Assembly (NCBI GenBank): GCA_951406725.2
Contig: OX597830.1
Coordinates: forward strand, 26,164,001-26,228,000
Reading direction: 5' to 3'
Source: Octopus vulgaris
Lineage: Eukaryota
DNA: 64,000 nt
Made by a program: the position numbers and the translations under genes. Shown piece by piece: positions 52,966-64,000 of this stretch. Position 1 is the first letter of the stretch; every line of letters starts with the position of its first letter. A model generated the notes under the pieces. The model was not told where the DNA came from, searched no databases, and saw nothing but the letters and a program-made list of their open reading frames with translations.

Positions 52966-53495
52966 TATCGTATATGGATGTGATCTTTCATTGTTTTTTC
53001 CCTTATACCTATGTGAGTTATTTTCTGAGTATGCATTGTCTGGAGACTTTTATTTGCAGTTGAAGAAATAGCCAAATTTTTGGCTGCTATTTCTGAAAAG
53101 TTCGGTGTGTGGTAAAGTGAATTTTTATATATATATATATATATATACATATATATACACATATATATATATATATATATACATACATATATATATATAT
53201 ATTATCCATAATAATAAAGGGTAAAATTAATTAATTAATTAATAATTAATAATTTTACCAAGTCGTTCGGTATGTTAAAAGAACCATTATCCGTAAACTT
53301 ATACATAAAATTTTATAATCATGAGTATAATTATAATTAGGGTTCAGCAAAAATTTGCTTCAACACATACTGAAATTTAGAAATAGCAGTTAAAACTAAC
53401 TATTTCACTACTATAAGAAAATTCCCCAAATAGCAATACTCAACAACCCACACAGGTAAAGAGAAAAAAATAACGAATCCACCTGGCTTTGATTA

Positions 53496-53578
53496 ACTGT
53501 GCACGCGTTTTGGAGGTTTGAGAGATGTGAAAAATGTAAAATCATATTTCACTCTATCATTCTCCTCTTCAGCACAGT
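53496..53578 (-). ncRNA. Degenerate hammerhead motif
   Basis: ACUGUG-CUGAAGA-GGAG...CUCC-AAAA-CGCG-UG|CACAGU; G12 and the cleavage triplet are mutated. Confidence 0.6.
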
Positions 53579-53829
53579 AATTCAAGATTTTAAATTTGAG
53601 AGTACAGCAAAAATTAAACACTTTTTTGCTGAACCCTAATTATAATTATACTCATGATTATAAAATTTTATGTATATATATAGGAAAATCATTGTCGTCA
53701 AATGAACTTTATGAAGGATATGAATAACACCTACATAGCTAGAAATAGGGGCCAAAATGTTCCAATGTTGTTACAAAGCACATAGCATATATTCTGATAG
53801 GGGCTGCAATCACCCCGAATCAAGAATTC

Positions 53830-53879
53830 CTTAGACTGACCGGCCAGTATCGTCTATTTCCCAAGCCATCTTCAGTAAG
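53830..53879 (-). ncRNA. Degenerate hammerhead motif
   Basis: CUUA-CUGAAGA-UGGCU...AGAC-GAUA-CUGGCCGGUCAG-UC|UAAG. Confidence 0.55.
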
Positions 53880-53971
53880 ACCAGTTCGTTCGGTTGATTC
53901 CGGGCTAGCAGATCGCTAATGTTTATACAACAAATGAATAAAAACTACTGTTTGCAATATTATACCGTAAA

Positions 53972-54358
53972 AAGGCGGCGAGCTGGCAGAAACGTTAGCA
54001 CGCAAGGTAAAATGCTTAGCGGTATTTCACCTGTCTGCACGTTCTGAGTTCAAATTCCGCTGAGGTCGACTTTGCCTTTCATCCTTTCGGGTTCCATAAA
54101 TTAAGTGCCAGTTACATACTGGGGTCGATATAATTGACTTAATCCGTTTGTCTGTCCTTGTTTGTCCTCTCTGTAGGTAGTAAAGAAATAGGTATTTCAT
54201 CTGTCTTTACGTTCTGAGTTTAAATTTCACCGAGGTCGATTTTACTCTTCATCCTTTCGGGGGATCGATAAATTAAGTACTAGTTGCGTACTTGGATCGA
54301 TCTAATAGGCTGCCCCCCCCCCCAAAGTTTCGGGCCTTGTGCCTAGAGTAGAAAAGAA
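53972..54358 (+). mobile_element. Dimeric SINE inserted between inverted Penelope repeats
   Basis: Same core twice; aatattatac(c/g)gtaaa on both sides. Confidence 0.85.
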
Positions 54359-54410
54359 TATTATACGGTAAAGGAAAACTATAGTCGCCAACTAAACTTG
54401 ATTATGGGCG

Positions 54411-55115
54411 AGCTAGCCCGGAATCAACCGAACGAGCTGGCTTTACTAAAGATGGCTACGGAAATGGCCGGTTGGTCTAAGAAATTCCCGGTTCGGTGTT
54501 CGGGGCGATTACAGCCCCTATCAGAGTATATGCTATGTGATTTGTAACAGCTTTGGAGCACTTTAGCTCCTATTTCTTGCAATGTAGGTGTTTTCACACC
54601 ATTAGTCAAGTTTAGTCAAGAGGTTATTTTCATTACGTAGGAAAATAACCAGAGATGATGATAGAAAGAGAATCCAACAGGATCTAGAAAAGACGTACAT
54701 GAAAGACTTTGAAATGGTGAAGACACGCCAGATTAAGAGGTTTATGAAACTCAAATCTCAGAGAATGAAGACTGAAGTCCGTCGCCCACCTTTGAAAGCA
54801 GTAATTAATGTAAGTAGCCGACATCTAGAAAGCTCTGAAGAAGCAGTACTAAACAAAGGTCTCAACTTTGCGACAACCATTAAGCGTATTCCATACTTGG
54901 ACATAATAGCCCCTATTAAAGTGATAGCTATAAAGATACCAAAAGCTCAGGGAGATGAACTAAGGTGGAAAGTGAGACAGGTACAAGAAAAAGCAAAACT
55001 TCCCAAACTAAACATCACTAAGGAAGAAATGATCGCTATCAAAAGACTACAGAGTGACAATTCCATCATAATACTTCCAGTAGACAAGGGGAATGCTACA
55101 GTGGTGATGAAAAAA
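54411..55115 (+). mobile_element. Penelope-like element 5' part (repeat copy plus ORF N-terminus 54699-55142)
   Basis: VINVSS..L...EEAVLNKGLNF and NITKEE..AIKRL..IIILPVDKGNATVVM; preceded by a repeat whose inverted copy lies at 53720-53910. Confidence 0.85.
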
Positions 55116-55221
55116 GGTTACCTTCATTACTTAGAAAAATAACCAGAGAAGTTTAGTCGACGACTATAATTTTCCTTTACGGTATAATATAGCAAACAAC
55201 TGCTTATATGCATGTGTATAT

Positions 55222-55372
<151 letters not shown>

Positions 55373-55810
55373 GTACGTTTATATATTTGTTGTGCAAGAT
55401 TTTTTATGTGAAGTCGTGTGTTGAAACAGATATTGTTGTATTTAGGAATGGTCATTTTGCCAGTTTAGCCAATAAAAACACACGCACTATATATTTGGTG
55501 TTACTTTGCTTCAGTGTTATTTATTTTTTACATTAATCTTAATCTTATTTCGGCCAGAGTTCTTTCGTCACACTCCTGTGACCGCATCAGTGGTCCTTTG
55601 TTTTCTTCTTACTTATTTGTATCTCTCCTTACTAACCGTCAGTCAGCCATTTTGTATTTCTATTGTATGTCTTCATTTGCGCATGCTTATATCTCTATGT
55701 GCGTTTATGTTTATTTAGTGTGTGTATGTGGGGGATGCCTGTAATATTTGTATCTTCTGTTTATATATGTTCATGTAATTTGTATTTTGTATTTTGTTGT
55801 TTTTTTTTGT
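55373..55810 (-). repeat. Second copy of the 430-bp repeat
   Basis: Reverse complement of 12125-12556. Confidence 0.85.
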
Positions 55811-55993
55811 TTTTTTTTTTGTTTTTTGTTTTTTGTTTTTGTTCTTATTTTGTTCATGTGTTTACATCCACCCATTATTATCATTACATATGCTTGTATG
55901 TATGTATGTATGTATGTATGTATGTATGTATGTATGTATGTATGTATAACAATAATACTAGTAATAATAATAATAAATTGAATCGAAAAAAAT

Positions 55994-56039
<46 letters not shown>

Positions 56040-56079
56040 CATATATATATATACATATACATATACATATATATATATA

Positions 56080-56397
56080 GTTATTTATTTCTATTAGTTT
56101 ATCTATTTATCTGTGTATTTATTATGTTTTCAGGATCCTCTATCGTCATATGTTGTGGTGTGTGTTAGTGCTCCATTCTAGTTTTCTATTCAGGCTAGCT
56201 TTATTTTCTATTATGTGTGTAGATCAGATGCAACAATTAGACAAATTACAGAAGCTACACACATAATAGAAAATAAACCTAGCCTGAATAGAAAACTAGA
56301 ATGGAGCACTAACACACACCACAACATATGACGATAGAGGATCCTGAAAACATAATAAATACACAGATAAATAAATAAACTAATAGAAATAAATAAC
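56080..56397. mobile_element. Penelope-derived foldback (about 143-bp arms, 32-nt loop)
   Basis: Loop plus right arm encode DATIRQITEATHIIENKPSLNRKLEW, matching the GIY-YIG C-terminal E..hI....P.LN motif. Confidence 0.75.
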
Positions 56398-56439
56398 TAT
56401 ATATATATATATATATATATGTATATGTATATGTATATA

Positions 56440-56526
<87 letters not shown>

Positions 56527-56633
56527 ATATCAGTTTCCGTCTTCCAGATCTACTCACAGGACGAGGTTATAGTAGAAGACACTTTCCTAAAGTATTTCGC
56601 CCGGCGTGCTAACAATTCTGCCAGCACACCGCT

Positions 56634-56689
<56 letters not shown>

Positions 56690-56690
<1 letters not shown>

Positions 56691-57584
56691 TCGAAGACAA
56701 CTGGAAAGGCAAACACCTGCATGGAAAATATCCTAACAACCTATTCAAGCCAGATATTGATAAAAAATCTAACACACCAATGGCTAGAAGAGAGAAGTCT
56801 GAAAGAGGAAGCAGAAGGTTTTGTTATTGCAGCGCAAGATCAGAGCTTACCTACCAGAAACTACCATGCAAACGTTCTTTAAAATGGATGTGACCCCTCA
56901 AGCAGAATTTTCGGGATATTCACAAAGACAATTGATCATGTTTCTGGTTGCCTAGCCTTCGCTGAAAAGGAGTACTTCATAAGACATGAAAGACTAGGGT
57001 AGTACATCCACTGGAATGCTTGTATATATTACAATATTAAATCCCATATTAAGTGGTACAGGCACCATCCAGAGGATGTGGTAAGTGGCGAGGGTGTCAC
57101 CATACTTTGGAACTTCCCAATACAAATAGACAGAAAAATTGACTCCAATCGACCAGGCATTGTCATCAAGGACTACAACAGAGGAAGTTGTCTGTTAATA
57201 GCTATGTCCGTTCCACAAAATCAAAATGTTTCAAGAAAAGAATACGAAAACCTTTCTCACTATAAATATCTGCAAATTGAAATCGCAAAAATGTGGAAGC
57301 TTAGTACAACAATAATAACAGTAATAATTGGTGCATTAGGAATAATAAATGGAGCAAAACGTATATTAAACAACTCGCTGTTAACTCCAGTCTCCGTGAA
57401 CTGCAAAAGATAACCTTGATAGGTACATCCTATATACTGCGGAAAGCACTCTCCATCTAATATAAAATAAATGTAGTGAAAATTTTAACATGCATAGCAA
57501 ATCAAAAGTGCCCTCGATACTCTTGGCCTCCAGAAGATGCCCAGTACTGAGGCAGCTGAAATAAAGTTATAATGGAAAAAAACT

Positions 57585-57585
<1 letters not shown>
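56690..57585 (+). mobile_element. R4/Dong-like RLE non-LTR retrotransposon, degenerate 3' fragment
   Basis: Translates to GKYP, EGFVIAAQDQSLPTRNY and LWNFPIQIDRKIDSNRPGIV with frameshifts; (TAA)n on both sides. Confidence 0.85.
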
Positions 57586-57614
<29 letters not shown>

Positions 57615-57615
<1 letters not shown>

Positions 57616-59273
57616 CCTCTCTCAAAGCTGCTCAATGACGCGCAGTACGGGTATAAAATGTTTGATAAAAATATAAATCATCTCGTTTACATGGATGATT
57701 TAAAGCTTTTTGCAAAAAATGACGAACAACTCAAGGGCTTACTAGCGATAGTCAAACAATTCAGTGACGACATCAGAATGCAATTCGGCCTCGATAAATG
57801 TGCAAAGGCTACCTTTATCAAAGGAAAAATGACAGAAACATCTAACGTTAACCTTGACCAACAGAATGTCATAAAAGAACTAGATCCAGCGGAGAGCTAC
57901 AAGTACCTAGGGGTAATTGAAGGGAACGGAATAAGGCATTCAGAGATGAAGGAAAGGATCAGGAGAGAATGCTATCGAAGAGTGAGAGCAATACTCAAGA
58001 CAGAGCTGAATGCAAGAAACAAGATCGAAGCGATCAATGCATTAGCCATACCAGTCGTGACTTACAGTTTCAATATTGTTAACTGGTCAATTACTGAAAT
58101 ATGTCAGCACGACAGAAAAATAAGGAAACTGTTGACAATGCATAGAATGCACCACCCTAAGGCAGATACAGAACGACTCTATCTGCCAAGAAAAGAGGAG
58201 GCCGTGGTCTTTTGCAACTGGCAATAACAATGAAGATTGCTACAATTGGCCTAGACACCTACCTGAAAAACTCTGAGGACTGGATGTTAAAACTTGTCTC
58301 AAAACATGAAAACAAGAAAGCATCATACTCAGTAACAAAACAGGCAAAGGAATATCTAAGTGAATTCCGAATACAACCAATTTCGGAATTAGAGATAGAT
58401 ATACGAGAAACAAGCACAGAAAAAGCTAGGCGCATGAAAACCCGTGCCAAAACTGCGGCCTTAGATATTCTGAATAATAAATGGCAAGAAAAACCTCTCT
58501 ATGGCAAATACCCAAAGAGAGCGAATAATGCAGATATCGACAAAGCCCTGACCCATCAATGGCTGATGGCCTCTGGCTTAAAATCTGAAACAGAGGGGTT
58601 TATCATAGCAGCTCAAGATCAATGCCTACCAACAAGAAACTATCAGGCCAACATATTAAAGAACTGCAGTAGCACAACATGTCGTGTATGCCGACAACAA
58701 AATGAAACCATTGACCATGTTGTCTCCAAATGCAGTCTTCTAGCGCCTACAGAGTACCTCAGTAGGCATGATATAGCTGCACAATATATTCTCTGGGTAA
58801 TTTGCAAAAACCTGGATTTACCCCATGTAAACAACTGGTGGGAACACAATCCATCTCCTGTGCTTGAAAATGACCACATCTCACTCCTCTGGAACTTCAC
58901 CATTCAAACTGACAGGAAGATAGATGCAAATAGGCCAGACATTATATTGAAAGACTTCAGACAAAGAACATGCCTCCTCATTGATATGACTGTCCCAATC
59001 GATATAAACGTATCTGTCAAGACCTACCAAAAACTGAGCAAATATAAAGATCTTGAAATAGAAATCAGCAAAATGTGGAAGCTAAAGACTAAAACAATAC
59101 CTGTTGTCATAAGTGCCCTGGGAATGATAGCGAAAGGGAATGATTGCTACCTAACTCAGATACCAGGAAACCCCAAAATGGCAGAAATTCAAAAGATAGT
59201 GCTCATGGGAGCTGCTCATATCCTACGCAAAATACTCTCTATGTAATCCCAAGGTTTAAAACAAACTTTTTTT

Positions 59274-59304
<31 letters not shown>

Positions 59305-59450
59305 TGTATTAGACATTCACTTGTACAACACAAAAAAAAAATAATAACCCCAAATATATGGCACAGAACATCCAACCTGTTGTCTCTTGAGGTCTCTGGG
59401 TGAGACTTGGAGCCAACTTGTACAGACATAAAGCAAAAGTGAAACATAGA
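57615..59450 (+). mobile_element. R4/Dong-like retrotransposon, 5'-truncated (RT C-terminus, CCHC knuckle, RLE endonuclease; one frameshift near 58200)
   Basis: ORFs 57658-58227 (HLVYMDDLKLF, YKYLG) and 58212-59246 (CRVC..ETIDHVVSKC, RHD, NRPDI..D, KLSKY); (TAA)n on both sides. Confidence 0.93.
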
Positions 59451-59472
59451 ATAATAATAATAATAATAATAA

Positions 59473-59503
<31 letters not shown>

Positions 59504-59574
59504 AAGAAGAAAAAGAAGAAGAAGAAGAAGATGAAGAAGGAGAAGAAGAAGAACAACAATAATAATAATAATTT

Positions 59575-59726
59575 TTTTTTTTAGACATTCATTAGTACAA
59601 CACCCCCCCCCCCAAATATATGGCACACTAGGCATAACAACAACATGAACTTCCAACCTGTTGTCTCTTGAGTTCTCTGGGTGAGACTTGGAGCCAACTT
59701 GTACAAATATAAAGCAAAAGTCAAAC

Positions 59727-59799
<73 letters not shown>

Positions 59800-60001
59800 A
59801 AGAAGAACAACAACAACAACAACAACAACAATAATAATAATAATTTTTTTTTAGACATTCATTAGTACAACACCAACCGCCCCCCCCCAAATATATGGCA
59901 CACTAGGCATAACAACAACATGAACTTCCAACCTGTTGTCTCTTGAGTTCTCTGGGTGAGACTTGGAGCCAACTTGTACAAATATAAAGCAAAAGTCAAA
60001 C

Positions 60002-60005
<4 letters not shown>
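59575..60005 (+). repeat. Two extra tandem copies of the Dong-like 3' UTR with compound (TAA)(GAA)(CAA) spacers
   Basis: ttagacattc...aaagcaaaagtcaaacat recurs at about 59310, 59581 and 59851. Confidence 0.85.
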
Positions 60006-60070
<65 letters not shown>

Positions 60071-60094
60071 GAAGAAGAAGAAGAAGAAGAAGAA

Positions 60095-60196
<102 letters not shown>

Positions 60197-61090
60197 GAAC
60201 AGCAACGAACCATGATAAAACGATGGCAAGAAAAGCCCCTTCATGGTAAATATTGCACTAAACTAAACGCAAAAGAAATAGACAAAGAAAAATCCTAGCA
60301 ATGGTTGAGAAGCTCAGGACTCAAAGCAGAAACAGAGGGATTTTTAATTGCAGCACAAGACCAAAGCCTCCCCACCAGAAATTACCAAAAACATGTAATG
60401 AAAAGAAATATTACAAGTAACTGCAGAATATGTGGAAATGGACAAGAAACAATAAATCATATTATCTCTAGCCGCCCAGTCCTGGCTAAGAAGGAATATA
60501 TTCACAGACATGACAGAGTTGGAACCTACATACATTGGAAGCTATACCAACATTATGGAATAACAACAGAAAAAAGATGGTATAGGCACACACCAGAAAA
60601 GGTCACAGAAAACGAGAAAGCAACCATACTCTGGGATATGCCGATACACACAGATAGAGAAATTAAGGCCAACAGACCAGATATAGTTGTCAGAGATCAA
60701 GAAGAAAAAAAATGCTTTCTAATTGATGTATCAATACCGGCAGATGACAACGTGTCTCTAAAAGAAATGGAGAAACTCTCAAAATACAACGACCTGGAAA
60801 TAGAGGTAACTAGAATGTGGAATCTGAAAACAGAAACAATTCCTATCATAGTAGGTGCATTAGGCATGATAAAAATATATTCAGACAAATACATAACAAA
60901 AACACCAGGACTTACAAACACATATAACATACAGAAAATTGCACTACTAGGCACTGCACACATCCTACGCAGAACACTTTCCATACAATAACCATCAGAG
61001 CATCACAACAAATCACAGCACATACCCAAGACACACAGAGCTGCGCTCGGTAGTGAAGTGAAAGCACGCTATAAAAATAAAACTACTGAA
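60197..61090 (+). mobile_element. R4/Dong-like retrotransposon, second subfamily, 3' fragment
   Basis: ORF 60305-60991 (CRIC..ETINHI, RHD, NRPDIVV, KLSKY); upstream in-frame stop; (TAA)n flanks. Confidence 0.92.
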
Positions 61091-61113
61091 TAATAATAAT
61101 AATAATAATAATG

Positions 61114-61652
<539 letters not shown>

Positions 61653-61691
61653 ATGATTATAATAATAATAATAATAATAATAATACTGGGT

Positions 61692-63250
61692 CTAACTCAT
61701 GTCATAAAAGAGTTAGACCCAGTGGAGAGCTACAAGTACCTAGGGGTAATTGAAGGGGATGGAATAAGGCATTCAATGATGAAGGAAAGGATCAGGAGAG
61801 AATGTTATCGCAGAGTAAGTGCAATACTCAAGACAGAGCTGAATGCGAGAAACAGGATCGAAGCGATCAATGCTTTAGCCAGTCGTGACTTACAGTTTCA
61901 ATATCGTAAACTGGTCAATTACTGAAATATGTAATCTTGACAGAAAAATACGAAACCTGTTGACAATGCATAGAATGCACCACCCTAAGGCAGATATAGA
62001 TCGACTTTATCTACCAAGTAAAGAGGGAGGCCGTGGTCTTTTACAACTAGCAATGACAATGAAGGTTGCTACAATTGGCCTAGACACCTACCTGAAAAAC
62101 TCTGGATGTTAAAGTACTGGATGTTAAAACTTGTCTCAAAACATGAAAACAAGAAAGCATCATACTCACTAACAAAACAGGCAAAGGAATACCTAAGTGA
62201 ATTCCAAGTGCAACAAATTCCGGAATTAGACACACAAGAAACAAGCACAGAAAAAGCTAAGCGCATGAAAACCCGTGCTAAAACAGCTGCCTTAGATATT
62301 CTGAATGATAAATGGCAAGAAAAAACTCTCAATGGCAAATATCCAAAGAGAATGAATAATACAGATGTTGACAAAGCCCTGACCCATCAATGGCTAATGG
62401 TTTATGGCTTAAAATCTGAAACAGAAGGATTTATTATAGCAGCTCAAGATCAATGCCTACCTACAAGGAACTACCAGGCCAACATTTTAAAGAACTGCAG
62501 TAGCCCAACATGTCGTGTATGCCAGCAACAAAATGAAACCACAGATCAAGTTGTCTCCAAGTGCAGTCTTCTTTCGCCTACAGATTATCTCAACAGGCAT
62601 GATATAGCTGCACAATATATTCACTGGGTAATTTGCAAAAGCCTGGACATGCCCCATGAAAAAAACTGGTGGGAACACAAACCACCGCCAGTGCTTGAAA
62701 ATGACCACATCTCACTCCTCTGGAACTTCACCATTCAAACTGACAGAAAGATAGACGCGAATAGGCCAGACATAATAGTAAAAGACTTCAGACAAAAAAC
62801 ATGCATCTTCATTGATATGACTGTCCCAATCGATATAAACGTATCTGTCAAGACCTACCAGAAACTGAGCAAATATAAAGATCTTGAAATAGAAATCAGC
62901 AAAATGTGGAACCTGAAGACTAAAACAATACCTGTTGTCATAGGCGCCCTGGGAATGATAGCAAAAGGGGCTGATTGCTACCTAACTCAGATACCAGGAA
63001 ACCCCAGAATGGCAGAAATTCAAAAGATAGTGCTCATGGGAACTGCTCATAGCCTAGGCAAAATACTTTCTTTGTAATGTCAATTTTAAAAAAAACACAT
63101 AATTTTCGTATGGTTTTTTAGGCATTCACTAGTACAACACTAGTACAAAATCCAAATATATGGCATCCTAGGCATAACACCAACATGAACTTCCAACTTG
63201 TTGTCTCTTGAGGTCTTGTGCAAATGTAAAGCAAAATTCAAACATAGAAT
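61692..63250 (+). mobile_element. R4/Dong-like retrotransposon, first subfamily, 5'-truncated and frameshifted
   Basis: ORF 62106-63077 closely similar to 58212-59246; same 3' UTR; short TAA tail. Confidence 0.92.
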
Positions 63251-63427
63251 AAGAATAATAATGATAATGGTTTCAAGTTATAATTTCTTTATTTTCTCCA
63301 AGGACATAAAAGCGGGACATTACTTAGACAAAAATATTTAAAAAATGCTAACATATAATTTTACATCGGGTGAGTTATTATAACAGTATAAAGTTGAGAA
63401 AAACATGACAAATAAAAATTATATTAT

Positions 63428-63640
63428 ACGAAAGGATGCTGAGAAGTTCCTGAATTTAAGCGTATCGTGAAAAACCTGATAGGAGGCCCAAACCTCCGAG
63501 TTTTAGAGGTCTTAGAATAACTGAAGGATCACTGCAACAAGTGTGTGAATTTGAGAGCGGAATATGTTGAAGAAAATCATAACTGATCCAGTGGTATTTT
63601 CTTTTGCCAAAAGCAGTAACGTTTTGGCAGCCACTCGTAA
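63428..63640. mobile_element. Mariner-like MITE, second copy
   Basis: tacgaaaggatgctgagaagttcc...gcagccactcgta; internal similarity to 16594-16780. Confidence 0.65.
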
Positions 63641-64000
63641 ATAATATATAATAACAATTTAGCAATATTATGAAAAGAACATTGTAAATTTAATTGCCCA
63701 AAACGGTTTCAATTGTTCAAATGAAGCAAGCAAATGCCTTTTCCCAGCGGTCATTTATAAACGTTTCTTCAAAGTTGAGTTATGCAGCTATTTCGAACCT
63801 TTTATCCATTGTCATCCATCTGATAATGGAGGGAAAACTGTTCTAGTTCCTTGGTATACTAAAAAGAAAACTTCGAATGACCAGTCCTTGTTTTCTTTGT
63901 ATCGTCTATCTGGATGTTTTGTTGTCCCTTTTATATCACCTAACTGTCCAGGTATTTTGCGTTCTTGTCCCATTTTGTATTTATATATAAATATGTATAT

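Larger units (their letters stand above)
51869..53123. mobile_element. Penelope-type pseudo-LTR cluster: two direct repeats (560-nt period) plus an inverted copy
   Basis: 51869-52237 matches 52429-52797; 52454-52783 is inverted at 52795-53123 around an 11-nt loop; each copy holds a hammerhead motif. Confidence 0.85.

Noticed and set aside
63815-63890. Hammerhead-like CUGAUAA...GAAU
   Set aside because: Both core halves deviate and the stems are unconvincing.

Overview
AT-rich, microsatellite- and transposon-dense animal DNA; the repeat repertoire suggests an octopus/cephalopod genome (inference). Most ORFs in the supplied track are microsatellite noise. By manual splice reconstruction, the minus strand carries two tandem paralogous genes of the BCAP (PIK3AP1)/BANK1/Dof adaptor family (N-terminal TIR-like domain followed by a DBB domain). 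Gene A has 9 phase-compatible coding exons (49834 to 28603, 381 aa, no recognisable ankyrin repeats). Gene B has 5 exons found (20062 to 1267); further exons were not found and probably lie past the window start. The rest is mobile DNA: an internally deleted Helitron with an open PIF1-family helicase ORF, an array of R4/Dong-like RLE retrotransposons in (TAA)n tracts (56.7-63.3 kb), Penelope-like fragments and foldbacks, RTE and Tx1/L1 remnants, MITEs and many tRNA-derived SINEs. About a dozen minimal type I hammerhead ribozyme motifs from several Penelope-type repeat families are present; the most intact set is a direct-plus-inverted trio about 2-3 kb upstream of gene A. All family assignments come from manual motif recognition; no searches were run.
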